Part shown: positions 19,129-29,672 of the stretch, piece after piece
How positions within the stretch are numbered: position 1 is the stretch's first letter
Layout of the letters: each line of letters opens with the position of its first letter
From: Candidatus Parcubacteria bacterium
Lineage (GTDB): Bacteria; Patescibacteriota; Minisyncoccia; Phycocordibacterales; Zambryskibacteraceae
Direction: 5' to 3'
DNA: 64,000 nt
Assembly (NCBI GenBank): GCA_019661785.1
Contig: JAIFWP010000003.1
Span: forward strand, 31,009 to 95,008
Notes under the pieces: model-generated
What the model saw: only the letters and a program-made list of their open reading frames with translations
Database searches by the model: none
Told to the model about the DNA's origin: nothing
Made by a program: the position numbers and the translations under genes

Positions 19129-20427
19129 TCAGGGCGTTACCCAAGCCCAGGTGGCCTTGAGTGTGGCGTTGGTGAGCGAAGCCTGGACGCTAATGAGAGA
19201 CGTCCCGGATGCTATCGACACCACCTTGCCGTGCGGTCCGACTGGCCAGTTGAAGCCGCTCACGTTCTGGAATCCATCCGTCGCGTTGACGTCGTGGATC
19301 TCAGGGTGAGTGCTCGACCAGAACTCCTTGTCACCGCAGGTTGCCCCGCCGGACAGGTTGCACGTTGCGAGCGTTGTAACGGTCGCATTGAGCGCGATGT
19401 TACCCCCATGCGGCGTGTAGTCGATGGAAGGTCCGCCAGTAGTGCACGGCGTGTTGGTAACGACTATCGGCACCTGCACCGAGATGCCCCCGGCCGAGAC
19501 TGTAGCTGTCGCGTTTCCTACTGCGACTCCTGTAAACGTCCAGCTCCCGCCGGAACCACTCACCGTAGCCACTGTCGTTGGAGATATGGTTACAGTTACC
19601 GGTATCGTTGGTGCCGCGCCGTTGACAGAGACCGCGAAGGTCTGCGTGTTCGTGCACCCTGTCCCGATATTGATGTTGATACTCGTCGGGAGTGTCTGTA
19701 TCTGGATGCCGGATGTGACATTTACGGCCTGCACCGTGCAAACCGTGGTACTGCCTGTAGCGCAGAAGGTGACATTGACTGTCCCTACTCCTACTCCGCT
19801 TTCCTGGCACGTGCTCGTGTTGACGATAGCCACGATGCCCGAGTTAGCACTCGTACAGGTGAAGCTGCCCGCCGCCGTACTCGTCGTATTGTCCGAGTAG
19901 TGGACTGTCACCGTCGGAGTCTTCACCGTGCCGACTGGATACGTATCCGGATTCGGCTGAACGGTGATGCTCGTCGGGGTCTTGCCCGTGGGGACAATCC
20001 CATTCACCTGAACAGTGAAGCAGAACATGATGGTCGGCGCGGCATCGATGATGTCGCAGACCTGAGCCGTACCCGCACGGATAGCCGTGACGAGTCCAGT
20101 GGTCGTGCCGACCATCACCACCGTGGTGTCCGAGGACGTCCAGTGGTGCGCCGTCGAGACGCAGCCCCTCGGGTTCGTTGTGATGGAGTCCGAGAGCTGG
20201 GCCGTCTCCCCCACGTTGAGGATGAGTATCCCGCCCGAGAGCGCCTTCGAGGAGTTCTCGAAGATGGTGGCCGAACAGTTGCCGTTCGTGGTCTGGCTGG
20301 TGATCTGGCCCACCGGCACACCGATAGAGCCCTGCGAATCGCTATCTGAGATAGCCGTTATCTGACAGCCCACGAGTGTGAGCACGGTAGCGGCCAAGGC
20401 CGCTCCGAAACACAGCTTTGCCCGCAT
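19129..20427 (-). CDS. Lipoprotein-like surface protein with tandem bacterial Ig-like (Big_2) repeats
   Basis: Lipobox LVGC; WTSSDTTVVMV..GLVTAIRAGTAQV; Thr/Val-rich repeats. Confidence 0.75.
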   Translation of the reverse strand: MRAKLCFGAALAATVLTLVGCQITAISDSDSQGSIGVPVGQITSQTTNGNCSATIFENSSKALSGGILILNVGETAQLSDSITTNPRGCVSTAHHWTSSDTTVVMVGTTTGLVTAIRAGTAQVCDIIDAAPTIMFCFTVQVNGIVPTGKTPTSITVQPNPDTYPVGTVKTPTVTVHYSDNTTSTAAGSFTCTSANSGIVAIVNTSTCQESGVGVGTVNVTFCATGSTTVCTVQAVNVTSGIQIQTLPTSININIGTGCTNTQTFAVSVNGAAPTIPVTVTISPTTVATVSGSGGSWTFTGVAVGNATATVSAGGISVQVPIVVTNTPCTTGGPSIDYTPHGGNIALNATVTTLATCNLSGGATCGDKEFWSSTHPEIHDVNATDGFQNVSGFNWPVGPHGKVVSIASGTSLISVQASLTNATLKATWAWVTP

Positions 20428-20533
20428 AGTTTCTGCCTCTGAATCTGGGTTGACCTACATTAACTGACGAGGAACATGGGTTTCCTTACCCATTCCTAGC
20501 ACAGGAGACGCACCGTGTCAAAACTCCTTACAG

Positions 20534-21472
20534 CTAAGCTCGGCCCAAGTAGTGGTCTATTATTTGAGCCACATTTTCGGCATTTGGAGCTTCCATAAGC
20601 CTCACGCGGAGTTCGACTGCCCCGTCAAAGCCGTTCACATAAGCCTTGTAGTGCTTCTTCATGATGTTGAAGCTCTTAGTATCCCCAAGCAGTTCCTCGA
20701 ATAGCTTGGTATGCTCGACCATAACATTTAACTTCTCCTCTAAGGTCGGTGTACGCTCGCTAAAGAGCCAAGGATTGCCAAAGATTGCCCGGCCTATCAT
20801 GACGCCGTCCGCTCCTGTCTCTGCCGCCTTATCCCTTGCCTCGGCTAAGCTCCTAATGTCGCCATTGCCCAGTATCAAAGTCTTAGAGCCAAGCCCATTG
20901 CGTATCTCTACAGCACGCTTAACTCTCTCCCATCTGGCGGGGACCTTTGACATATCCTTCTTGGTCCTTGCATGTATGGTGATGTGGGCCAAGTCCTCCT
21001 TCAAGAGCTCAGGCAGCCACTCCTCAAGCTCATCCTTATTGAAACCGAGACGCGTCTTCACCGACACAGGTAGACCGCCCGCTCCCTCTATAGCCGCGTG
21101 GATAACCTCTCTCGCAAGCTCGGGTGTTTTGATGAGGCATGCACCGGCGCCTTGGTGGACCACGTTGTCCTGCGGACAGCCCATGTTGATATCCACTCCG
21201 TCAAATCCTAAGCTCTTCGCGAGCTCGGCGGCCTTCCGCATGTTCTCAGGACTTGAGGTGAAAAACTGCGCGATTATTGGGCGTTCCGCTTCTGCGAACA
21301 CGAGATCTTTCAAAAGTTTTTGCCTCCCCTCTTCAGGCGCGAGCGCCAAGCCATCTGCCGAGACGAACTCTGTGTACATCAAATCAGGCTTGCCATACTT
21401 GGCAATAATCCTTCTATAAGCCGCGTCGGTGACATCGGCCATGGGTGCAAGGACAAATATCGGCTTGGTCAT
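20534..21472 (-). CDS. dus: tRNA-dihydrouridine synthase
   Basis: LAPMADVTD, DINMGCP, VSVKTRLG, IHAR, NGDI, MIGRA..GNPW. Confidence 0.95.
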   Translation of the reverse strand: MTKPIFVLAPMADVTDAAYRRIIAKYGKPDLMYTEFVSADGLALAPEEGRQKLLKDLVFAEAERPIIAQFFTSSPENMRKAAELAKSLGFDGVDINMGCPQDNVVHQGAGACLIKTPELAREVIHAAIEGAGGLPVSVKTRLGFNKDELEEWLPELLKEDLAHITIHARTKKDMSKVPARWERVKRAVEIRNGLGSKTLILGNGDIRSLAEARDKAAETGADGVMIGRAIFGNPWLFSERTPTLEEKLNVMVEHTKLFEELLGDTKSFNIMKKHYKAYVNGFDGAVELRVRLMEAPNAENVAQIIDHYLGRA

Positions 21473-22281
21473 CTGTAGAAGACTTTGTTATCGAAACGCA
21501 GGTCAATATACTGCATAGCTCGGATATCCGCCATCTTGAGACCAGAGTTCCTTATGAAAGACTCCAAATTTACGAGTATCGGCTCTAAGTCTTTGGCCGA
21601 TCTCCACTTCACGACTGGACCTAATTTCTGAGTGAGTTCGTACTCATCTCCGCTCCTATTTAAGACTTCGGGCTCAATCCCAAGACTCTTCATGCCTGAC
21701 AGGAACTGCTCAATAGAATTTAAATCTTCTGGCTTGAAGAGCTCTGTCCCTATGGGCGAGTTTAAGGCCGGAGAAGTCGTATAAGTCATATATACGTCAG
21801 GCGAGAAACCGGGCGCCAGGGCAAAGATGTATCCACTCTCGTCTAAGAAGTAGCACTTGTCCACTCCCTCTATCTCGCAATATAGAGCATGAGGCTGTCT
21901 CTCGGTAACAGAGACTTTCAAAGAGTGTGGATTGGCAAGAGAGACATCGACGCTCAAGAGTCTAGGCACAGCACTCAAGAGATCGTTCTTCATCTTGGTC
22001 TTGGCATAGAGGAGTGCGCTATCCTTAGGTATCACCGTGAAGTAATAGCCAGAGAGATCGTTATAGATGACAGTCTCCAAATCCTCGCTCTTCGTGACCT
22101 CGTTGCCCATGATGTTCACTTGGCTTATGCGGACTTGGGGACTCCGCAGGAGGAGCACTGGCCCGACAAATATCACCAATATGACTGCGACTATGGCTAT
22201 GGCCCAAAGCCACCTCATCACCATCTTCTGCTTGTGGAACTCAGGAGAGCGTATGGCCTCTCTGCTGCCGACTAATTTCAT
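21469..22281 (-). CDS. ftsQ: Cell division protein FtsQ/DivIB
   Basis: Single TM, POTRA-like region, V.ER.P, YIDLRF C-terminus. Confidence 0.8.
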   Translation of the reverse strand: MKLVGSREAIRSPEFHKQKMVMRWLWAIAIVAVILVIFVGPVLLLRSPQVRISQVNIMGNEVTKSEDLETVIYNDLSGYYFTVIPKDSALLYAKTKMKNDLLSAVPRLLSVDVSLANPHSLKVSVTERQPHALYCEIEGVDKCYFLDESGYIFALAPGFSPDVYMTYTTSPALNSPIGTELFKPEDLNSIEQFLSGMKSLGIEPEVLNRSGDEYELTQKLGPVVKWRSAKDLEPILVNLESFIRNSGLKMADIRAMQYIDLRFDNKVFYR

Positions 22282-22309
22282 CTTGGAAGTATATCAAAAC
22301 AAACTCCCC

Positions 22310-22699
22310 CTACGACTGCGTAGGGGGATCGGGTGCCTCTGAGAGTGACGGCTCTGGCGATGGCGATGTCTTACTCCGCTTCTGCTTCGGCTTCCTCGCC
22401 TGGTCGATGAAAGTGAGGGCTATCACTACCACCCACCCAATGACCGAGAAGAAGAGCGCCAAATTCAGAAAGTCGGGGAACGCCGTGAAGAGCCCTGCGG
22501 CAAGGACGAGAGCAACCATAATGCTGACCCATCTTGCCACTCTAGACTGGCTCGACAGCAAGGCGACGAACACGAAGGCCAATGCCTGAACGGAGAGCCA
22601 GCGAGCCTTCACAAACGGGTCGTCAGGGAGCGTGAGAGTCATGGCGAAGGACAAAATGGCCACGAGATACACAACCCAGCGGTATATCCGATTTTTCAC
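22310..22699 (-). CDS. Hypothetical four-TM membrane protein
   Basis: Hydrophobic segments; GGAG before GTG; hairpin at stop. Confidence 0.6.
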   Translation of the reverse strand: MKNRIYRWVVYLVAILSFAMTLTLPDDPFVKARWLSVQALAFVFVALLSSQSRVARWVSIMVALVLAAGLFTAFPDFLNLALFFSVIGWVVVIALTFIDQARKPKQKRSKTSPSPEPSLSEAPDPPTQS

Positions 22700-22762
22700 A
22701 TGAGTCTCCCGATGAGGTGGACGTGCGCGTAAGTGTCTATGCCCACTATGCCGAAAACTGAC

Positions 22763-24028
22763 CTACTTTGTCAAACGAGTTTTGCCTCCCATATAAGGCA
22801 CCAATGCATCGGGGATCTTAATAGAGCCGTCAGCCTGCTGGAAGTTCTCTATGATAGCTATGAGCGGCCTGCCTGAGAGAGCTGTGTTGTTTAAAGAGTG
22901 GGCATACTTCAACTTGCCGTCGGCATCCTTGTATCTAATGCCTAGGCGCCTGGTCTGGAAGTCGTGGAAGTATGATGACGAGTGCGTCTCACGGTAGGTC
23001 TTCTCTGACGGCACCCAAGCCTCGATGTCGTACTTCTTGACCTGACCGAGGCCTAGGTCGGCGCCGCAGTTGACCACGACTCTATAAGGTATGCCGAGAG
23101 CCTGCATCATCTCCTCCGAGTTGAGCGTTATCTCCTCATGGAGACGCACAGACTCCTCATGCGAGGCCTCGCACAGAAGGACCTGCTCGAATTTATAAAA
23201 CTCGTGGACTCTTATGAGGCCCTTAACATCCTTGCCATGACTCCCTGCCTCGCGCCTAAAGCATGGTGAGAAGGAGAAGAACTTCTTGGGCAAATCTTTT
23301 TTATCTAAAGTCTCGTTCATGTAGTAGCCCATAGTCGCAACTTCGGCCGTGCCAGCTAAGTACTCTCCGTCTTGCGTCTTGTATAGGTCTTCCTCGCTCT
23401 GGGGTATCATGCCTGTGCCAAGGAGCGACTCCTTGCGCACCAAGGATGGCACCATCATAGTAGTAAAGCCTCCCTTCTTCCTGAAGAAATCATTTACGAA
23501 ATTCCAAAGAGCGAACTCGAGCTCGACGCCAGCGTTCTTCAAGAAGTAGCCACGGAAGCCCGCGACCTTAGCGCCGCGCTCAAAGTCGACCATGTCTAGG
23601 TCGAGCATTAGGTCCGAGTGCGATTTGGGCTCGAAGTCGAACTTGGGTATCTCTCCCCACTGCCTAATCTCCATATTGTCCGCATCGCTCTCGCCCTCAG
23701 GCACAGAGATGTCGGGAACATTGGGCACTTGGAGCATGAGGGCTTGCCACTCCTTCATCACTTCCTTGAGCTCTTCCTCACTCTTAGACAAATCCTCTTT
23801 GACGAATTTCATCTTTTCGAGAATCTGCGACTTCTCCGGTCCTGTGGCGCGGACTATCTCTTGGCTCGCTTGGTTCTGCTCGGCCCGCTTCTCCTCTACC
23901 TTGGTCTGGAGAGCGCGGCGCTTGTCGTCAATAGCAATGAGGGTCTCGACGTCGAAGTTGATGCGCTTCTTCTTCGCAGCCATCTGTACAAGCTCCTTCT
24001 GCTCTCTTATGAATTTAATATCTAACAT
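22763..24028 (-). CDS. serS: Serine--tRNA ligase
   Basis: MLDIKFIR, GTAE, FRREAGSHGKD, RVHEF.K, HSLNNT. Confidence 0.97.
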   Translation of the reverse strand: MLDIKFIREQKELVQMAAKKKRINFDVETLIAIDDKRRALQTKVEEKRAEQNQASQEIVRATGPEKSQILEKMKFVKEDLSKSEEELKEVMKEWQALMLQVPNVPDISVPEGESDADNMEIRQWGEIPKFDFEPKSHSDLMLDLDMVDFERGAKVAGFRGYFLKNAGVELEFALWNFVNDFFRKKGGFTTMMVPSLVRKESLLGTGMIPQSEEDLYKTQDGEYLAGTAEVATMGYYMNETLDKKDLPKKFFSFSPCFRREAGSHGKDVKGLIRVHEFYKFEQVLLCEASHEESVRLHEEITLNSEEMMQALGIPYRVVVNCGADLGLGQVKKYDIEAWVPSEKTYRETHSSSYFHDFQTRRLGIRYKDADGKLKYAHSLNNTALSGRPLIAIIENFQQADGSIKIPDALVPYMGGKTRLTK

Positions 24029-24050
24029 TCCCTAATAGTATAATACAGGG

Positions 24051-24911
24051 ATGCAGGATATTCGAACTTTGAAAAAAACCGACTGGCCGGAACTCCTGCA
24101 GGAGATTAATGACCCGCCGGAGAAGCTCCGCCTCTGGGGCAATCCTCCTATAGAAGGCAACAAGCTCCTTGCTGTGGTCGGCTCGCGCAAGTACACCTCG
24201 TATGGCTCAGAGGTTTGCGACTCTCTTATACAAGGGCTCGTTGGTTACCCTATTACCATAGTCAGCGGCCTTGCTCTCGGCATAGACGCCATCGCGCATC
24301 GTGCCGCGCTCCGCGCCGGCCTCCAGACCATAGCCATCCCAGGCTCTGGTCTCTCGACTACAGTCCTCCACCCTCACTCACACAGAGACTTGGCTGGAGA
24401 GATTGTCGATGCTGGCGGCGGACTTATGACTGAGTACGACGATGAGATGCCCTCAGGCGCATGGGCCTTCCCCCGCCGCAACAGGATTATGGCCGGCATG
24501 TGCCACGCTACACTCGTCATCGAAGCGGAGAAGAAGTCCGGCACCCTCATCACCTCTCGCCTAGCTACCGAATATAATAGAGAGGTTGGCGCTGTCCCTG
24601 GCCCTATCACATCCTCAACCTCCGAGGGCCCGCACATGCTTATACGCCTTGGCGCGGCGCTCATACGCGACTCTCACGACCTGCTAGAGCTCCTAGGACT
24701 CCGCAGTGAGGGTCATGACACTCTATTTAATACCGACGACCTCACAGATGAGGAAAGGGTCTTTATTAAGATACTCGACAACCCCTGCGAGCGGGATGTC
24801 CTCATCCGCACCTCGAAGTTTGATATCTCCAGGGCAAATGCAGTCCTATCACTACTAGAAATCAAAGGCCTGATTGTTGAACAACTCGGCGAAGTACGAA
24901 AGACATTTTGA
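24051..24911 (+). CDS. dprA: DNA-processing protein DprA
   Basis: AVVGSR, VSGLALGID..AH, FPRRNRI, SGTLIT. Confidence 0.95.
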   Translation: MQDIRTLKKTDWPELLQEINDPPEKLRLWGNPPIEGNKLLAVVGSRKYTSYGSEVCDSLIQGLVGYPITIVSGLALGIDAIAHRAALRAGLQTIAIPGSGLSTTVLHPHSHRDLAGEIVDAGGGLMTEYDDEMPSGAWAFPRRNRIMAGMCHATLVIEAEKKSGTLITSRLATEYNREVGAVPGPITSSTSEGPHMLIRLGAALIRDSHDLLELLGLRSEGHDTLFNTDDLTDEERVFIKILDNPCERDVLIRTSKFDISRANAVLSLLEIKGLIVEQLGEVRKTF

Positions 24912-24968
24912 GCACTTAGTCTGCGTTTAAATTTGCAATAAAAACGTATCCATAGTATTTGTTACGTG

Positions 24969-27137
24969 ATGCGATTAGTTATTGTTGAGTCTCCGTCGAA
25001 AGCGAAGACGATAGAAAAATATCTTGGTAAGGACTTCCGCGTGGTCGCCTCTGTGGGCCATGTGCGCGACTTGCCTAAGTCTCAGAAGGCCGCCATCGAC
25101 ATTGAGGCTGGCTTCGTGCCGCACTATGAGGTGAGCAAGGGCAAGGAGGCTGTCATAGCCGAGATAAAGAAGCTCGCAGCCAAAGCTGAGGAAGTAATAC
25201 TCGCTACCGACCCCGACCGCGAGGGCGAGGCCATAGCTTGGCATATAGCCCAAGCTGTGGGGTTGAAAAATCCTAAGCGGAGCACCTTCCACGAGATCAC
25301 CAAGGAGGCCGTGGAGGAGGCCATAGCTCATCCAAGACAGATTGATGAAAACTTGAAAGAGGCTCAGGAGGCTCGCCGAGTCCTCGACCGCCTCGTAGGC
25401 TACGACCTCTCGGGCCTCATATGGAAGAAGGTGCGCTACGGCCTCTCTGCTGGACGCGTGCAGTCCCCGGCTCTCCGCATATTAGTAGAGCGCGAGCGCG
25501 AGATACGTGCCTTCAAGCCGGAGACCTTCTGGAAGATAGTGGCCATTTTGAATAAGTTGGGTTTCGAATGCTCCATAGAACCGCGAGACAAGAAGGAGGT
25601 GGACAGAATACTCTCTGAGGGCAAGAGCGGCGACTGGCGTATCACAGATGTTAAGGAGAGTGAGGTCAAACGCGCTCCCCGACCGCCCTTCATCACCTCA
25701 ACTCTCCAACAGGCGGCATCGTCACGACTTGGCTTCGCACCATCACGCACTATGGGTGTGGCGCAGAAGCTCTATGAGGCAGGACACATCACCTACATGC
25801 GTACAGACTCCTTCAACCTCGGAGCACAAGCCAAGGCCGACATAGCAGGAGTCATTAAGAATAAGTTTGGTGAGCAATACTACGAGTCACATGCCTTCGC
25901 CAATAAGTCGAAGAACGCTCAAGAGGCTCACGAAGCTATCCGCCCTACACACATGAGCACGCTGAGTGCCGGCTCAACAGACGAGCAGAAAAGTTTGTAC
26001 AAACTAATCTGGAGCCGCACCCTCGCCACACAGATGAAGGATGCTATCGTCATGCGCACCAAGGTTGTAGCGAATATAGATGGCTCTTCAATACCAGACT
26101 TTTGGTTGAATGGTTCCAGGATACTCTTTGACGGTTGGACCAAGGCCGACCCTGCTGCACAAGGCGAGGATGTCATCCTCCCAGCCCTGAAGATTGGTGA
26201 GAAGCTCAAACTAAGCGACATCGTCGCTGAGGAGAAGCAGACCGAGCCGCCTCCACGCTACTCCGAGGCAGGGCTAGTGAAGGAGCTTGAGAAGCGCGGT
26301 ATAGGCCGCCCATCGACGTACGCATCCATCATCAAAACCGTGGTCGACCGCGGCTATGTGGAGAAGTTGCAAAAGGCCTTGAAGCCGACCGACGTAGGTG
26401 AGGTGGTCTCCGGATTCCTCGAGGAGAATTTTGATAAGTACATCTCGGACTCCTTCACCGCTGAGATGGAGGACGAGCTCGACGAGATAGCCGAGGGCAA
26501 ACGCACATATCTCAAAACCCTGACAGACTTTTATAAACCTTTCCACGCAGATGTGAAGAGCAAGGACAAGCTCGCCAAAGCTACTGACCTCGGCGCGGCT
26601 CCCGCAGAGTTCAAGTGCCCTGTCTGCGGCTCGGACATGATAGTAAAGCTCGGACGTGGAGGACGCTTCCTCTCCTGCTCGCGCTTCCCCGACTGCACAG
26701 GCGCTCTTACTATTAATGGCGAGGAGATTAAGCAAGACACTCCTATAGGCACTGACCCTGAGTCTGGACTGCCTGTGTATCTTAAGACCGGCCGCTTCGG
26801 CCCATATGTGCAAATAGGCGCAGATGACAAGAAGAAGAAACTTAAGGCCAAGAAAGCCAGCGTACCAAAAACTAAGGATCTCGGCAGCCTCACACTCGAG
26901 GATGCTCTTGTCTATCTAACTTTGCCGAGGAAACTTGGCAAACACCCTGAAACAGGAGAGGACATCTCCGCCAATGTAGGACGCTTCGGCCCATACATCG
27001 CACTTGCCTCCAAGCCCAAACCCGACTTCCGCTCTCTTAAAACAGATGATGTATACAAGATTACTCTCGAACGTGCGCTAGAGATTTTGAAAGAGCCCAA
27101 GAAACAGCGCGGTTTCGCACGGAAAGCGAAAAAATAG
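24969..27137 (+). CDS. topA: DNA topoisomerase I
   Basis: VESPSKAK, DPDREGE, SAGRVQS, ITYMRTD, GIGRPSTY, one Zn ribbon plus C-terminal GRFGPY repeats. Confidence 0.97.
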   Translation: MRLVIVESPSKAKTIEKYLGKDFRVVASVGHVRDLPKSQKAAIDIEAGFVPHYEVSKGKEAVIAEIKKLAAKAEEVILATDPDREGEAIAWHIAQAVGLKNPKRSTFHEITKEAVEEAIAHPRQIDENLKEAQEARRVLDRLVGYDLSGLIWKKVRYGLSAGRVQSPALRILVEREREIRAFKPETFWKIVAILNKLGFECSIEPRDKKEVDRILSEGKSGDWRITDVKESEVKRAPRPPFITSTLQQAASSRLGFAPSRTMGVAQKLYEAGHITYMRTDSFNLGAQAKADIAGVIKNKFGEQYYESHAFANKSKNAQEAHEAIRPTHMSTLSAGSTDEQKSLYKLIWSRTLATQMKDAIVMRTKVVANIDGSSIPDFWLNGSRILFDGWTKADPAAQGEDVILPALKIGEKLKLSDIVAEEKQTEPPPRYSEAGLVKELEKRGIGRPSTYASIIKTVVDRGYVEKLQKALKPTDVGEVVSGFLEENFDKYISDSFTAEMEDELDEIAEGKRTYLKTLTDFYKPFHADVKSKDKLAKATDLGAAPAEFKCPVCGSDMIVKLGRGGRFLSCSRFPDCTGALTINGEEIKQDTPIGTDPESGLPVYLKTGRFGPYVQIGADDKKKKLKAKKASVPKTKDLGSLTLEDALVYLTLPRKLGKHPETGEDISANVGRFGPYIALASKPKPDFRSLKTDDVYKITLERALEILKEPKKQRGFARKAKK

Positions 27138-28091
27138 TTATATAGAAAAGTTTTTGACGGAGTAGAGGTCTTCTTCTGGCGCTTCCATAGCCTCTTTAGA
27201 GCCCTCGGCCATGTCGACCTTCTCCTCCTCGGTTGGCGGTACTATGTCGGCAACTTTCTTCGGCATTGTGAGCTCGTGCTTAGAGAGCTTCTCTAACAGA
27301 GTCAGGAGGTCTCCCTTGGAGAAGAAGTCTATGGTAATCTTGCCGCCATCATCCTTCTTCTCTATCCTCACGCGGGTGCCAAGAGTGTCCTTGAACTTCT
27401 CCTCCAAGTCGACAAGGTCTGGGTCCATGAGCTTGCGCGCCTTCTCGAAGGCGATGCGACGAGCGATGCCCTCGGCCTCGCGGACGTTAACTTTTTTGAA
27501 TAAAATCTCCTTGAAGAGGGTCATCTGCTCCTCTGGCCTGTCGACAAGCATCATAAGCGGACGTGTGTGGCCCTCCGTCATCTTGCCCTCAGCGAGAGCA
27601 TTCAGCATCTCGTCCGGGAGCATGAGGATGCGGAGAGTGTTAGAGACATACTCACGGCTCTTGCCCACCTTCTTGCCAATCTCCGCATGCTTGAAGCCGA
27701 ATTCTTTAGCCAACTTCTCGAAGGCCCTTGCTCTGTCAACTGGATTCAAGTCCTCTCGTTGGATGTTCTCTATGATGGCTAGCTCGAGCTTCATGAGGTC
27801 GGTCTCCTCTCCTGAGCGCACTTGGGCTGGCACCTGAGTGAGACCCGCGAGCCTTGCCGCTCTGAGACGCCTCTCGCCGGCTATGAGCTCATACTGGACA
27901 TCTATGCCGCCCTCTGGCTTCTCCGTCTCCTTGCGGGTCACCACAAGGGCCTGGAGGACTCCGTACTGGCGGATAGAGTCAGCGAGCGAGCGGAGAGCAA
28001 GCTCATCAAATTCCCTCCTCGGCTGGTATGGGTTTGGATGTATCTTCTCGACCTCTATCCAGAAGATGGCATCGTTGTAGATCTGAGACAT
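27138..28091 (-). CDS. parB: ParB/Spo0J partition protein
   Basis: NPYQPR, IAGERRLRA, ENIQREDLNP, HTH. Confidence 0.95.
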   Translation of the reverse strand: MSQIYNDAIFWIEVEKIHPNPYQPRREFDELALRSLADSIRQYGVLQALVVTRKETEKPEGGIDVQYELIAGERRLRAARLAGLTQVPAQVRSGEETDLMKLELAIIENIQREDLNPVDRARAFEKLAKEFGFKHAEIGKKVGKSREYVSNTLRILMLPDEMLNALAEGKMTEGHTRPLMMLVDRPEEQMTLFKEILFKKVNVREAEGIARRIAFEKARKLMDPDLVDLEEKFKDTLGTRVRIEKKDDGGKITIDFFSKGDLLTLLEKLSKHELTMPKKVADIVPPTEEEKVDMAEGSKEAMEAPEEDLYSVKNFSI

Positions 28092-28134
28092 GCATAGATT
28101 TTAACACTGTTTTAATGTAAGTTGGTAGGTACAA

Positions 28135-28215
28135 GCCGGAGTGGCGGAATGGTAGACGCGCACGACTCAAAATCGTGTATCGCAAGGTGTGAGAGTTCGA
28201 GTCTCTCCTCCGGCA
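28135..28215 (+). tRNA. tRNA-Leu(CAA)
   Basis: CACGA-CT CAA AA-TCGTG anticodon arm; long variable arm. Confidence 0.95.
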
Positions 28216-28218
28216 CAG

Positions 28219-28815
28219 ATGTTAAATAACGCTATGCATAATTGGCACTCCATCCTAGGAGCTATCTCGGGTATCATGGCCATGCTGGCTGTAATTCCTT
28301 ATATAAGAGATATCTTCAAAGGACAAACTAGGCCGAACATATTTTCCTGGGCGCTCTGGGTACTCTTGTTATCAATTTCTATAGCAGCACAAGTAAGTGC
28401 TGGCGCCTCTTGGTCTCTATATCTCCTTATTGGAGACTTGATTGGTACCTCTACGATATTCTTCCTGTGCATTAGTGGTTATGGCTACAAAGAATACGGC
28501 CGTGTTGAGTGGATATGCACAGCTCTGGCTATTATCGCTATCGTGTCATGGCAGATTACCAGCCAGCCAGTGTTGGCCATTATCTTTTCAGTAATTGCAG
28601 ACTCCTTGGCCTCAGTCCCAACTATCATTAAGGCTTACAAAGACCCTTCGTCTGAGCATTCTGCGCAATGGCTCATCATCGCAAGCGCGGCTGTCTTGGC
28701 TGTAATCTCCACTACCATATGGGATGCATCTAACCTCATCTTTCCTATCTACTTATTCTTAGTGAATGGATCTATAGGATTAATTTCTCTTATTAGAGGG
28801 AAATCTACTACATGA
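28219..28815 (+). CDS. Multi-TM membrane protein (PQ-loop-like); start 28219 or 28234
   Basis: PYIRDI..G.TRP..FSW and PTIIKAY..P.SE repeats. Confidence 0.7.
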   Translation: MLNNAMHNWHSILGAISGIMAMLAVIPYIRDIFKGQTRPNIFSWALWVLLLSISIAAQVSAGASWSLYLLIGDLIGTSTIFFLCISGYGYKEYGRVEWICTALAIIAIVSWQITSQPVLAIIFSVIADSLASVPTIIKAYKDPSSEHSAQWLIIASAAVLAVISTTIWDASNLIFPIYLFLVNGSIGLISLIRGKSTT

Positions 28816-29672
28816 AAAAGGTTTTAGTCATAGTTGGACCTACCGCAAGCGGCAAAAGTGACTTGGCTGTGAAGCTGGCTCAGAAGCTCAATGGCGAGGT
28901 TATCTCTGCTGACTCACGCCAGGTCTACAAAGGCCTCAATGTTGGCACGGGCAAGATTACGAAGAAGGAAATGCGGGGCATTCCCCACCATATGCTTGAT
29001 GTGGCTGACCCAAAGAAACCATTTGCGGTATCCGAGTACAAGATCCTAGCCCTGAAAAAGATTGAGGAAATCTTGGGTAGAAATAAATTGCCGATAATAG
29101 TCGGCGGTACCGGCTTCTACATAGATGCACTCAGGATGAGCCTGCCTGAAGTCCCGCCTAATCCAAAACTGAGGAAGAAGCTCGCTCTAAAATCAGTTGA
29201 GGAGCTCTCCCTTATACTCGGCGAGCACAAGGTTGCGGATAGGAACAATAAAGTTAGGCTCATAAGGGCTATCGAGATAGTAGAGGCCTTAGGCCATATC
29301 CCTAAGATTAAAGCTGAAAACAAATATGACTTCGTATTTGTTGGATTGAATCCCAAAGACTTATACAAGAGGATACTTGAGCGCTTGGCCAAACGACTTA
29401 CTCCCATGGTTAAGGAAGCCCGGAAGCTTCACAAACAAGGCCTCACCTACGAGCGCATGGAGGAGCTTGGGCTCGAGTACCGATACCTAGCAAGACTTTT
29501 GCAAAAGAAGATTACCCAAAAGCAATTTGTGGACGAGCTCTATGCAGAAACTAAAAAATACTCGAAGCGCCAGATGACCTGGTTTAAGAAGAACAAAAAT
29601 ATTACTTGGTTCGGCTCCTCGAAGAGCGCTCTCGCCACCACTCCAAAGCTATTGGCAAGAGTGAGACGATAA
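28812..29672 (+). CDS. miaA: tRNA dimethylallyltransferase
   Basis: GPTASGKS, ADSRQVY, VGGTGFY, KRQMTWF. Confidence 0.96.
   Translation: MKKVLVIVGPTASGKSDLAVKLAQKLNGEVISADSRQVYKGLNVGTGKITKKEMRGIPHHMLDVADPKKPFAVSEYKILALKKIEEILGRNKLPIIVGGTGFYIDALRMSLPEVPPNPKLRKKLALKSVEELSLILGEHKVADRNNKVRLIRAIEIVEALGHIPKIKAENKYDFVFVGLNPKDLYKRILERLAKRLTPMVKEARKLHKQGLTYERMEELGLEYRYLARLLQKKITQKQFVDELYAETKKYSKRQMTWFKKNKNITWFGSSKSALATTPKLLARVRR

Noticed and set aside
18862-20349. 495-aa Arg-rich + strand ORF
   Set aside because: Antisense to the Ig-like repeat gene and dnaX; composition typical of a non-coding frame.
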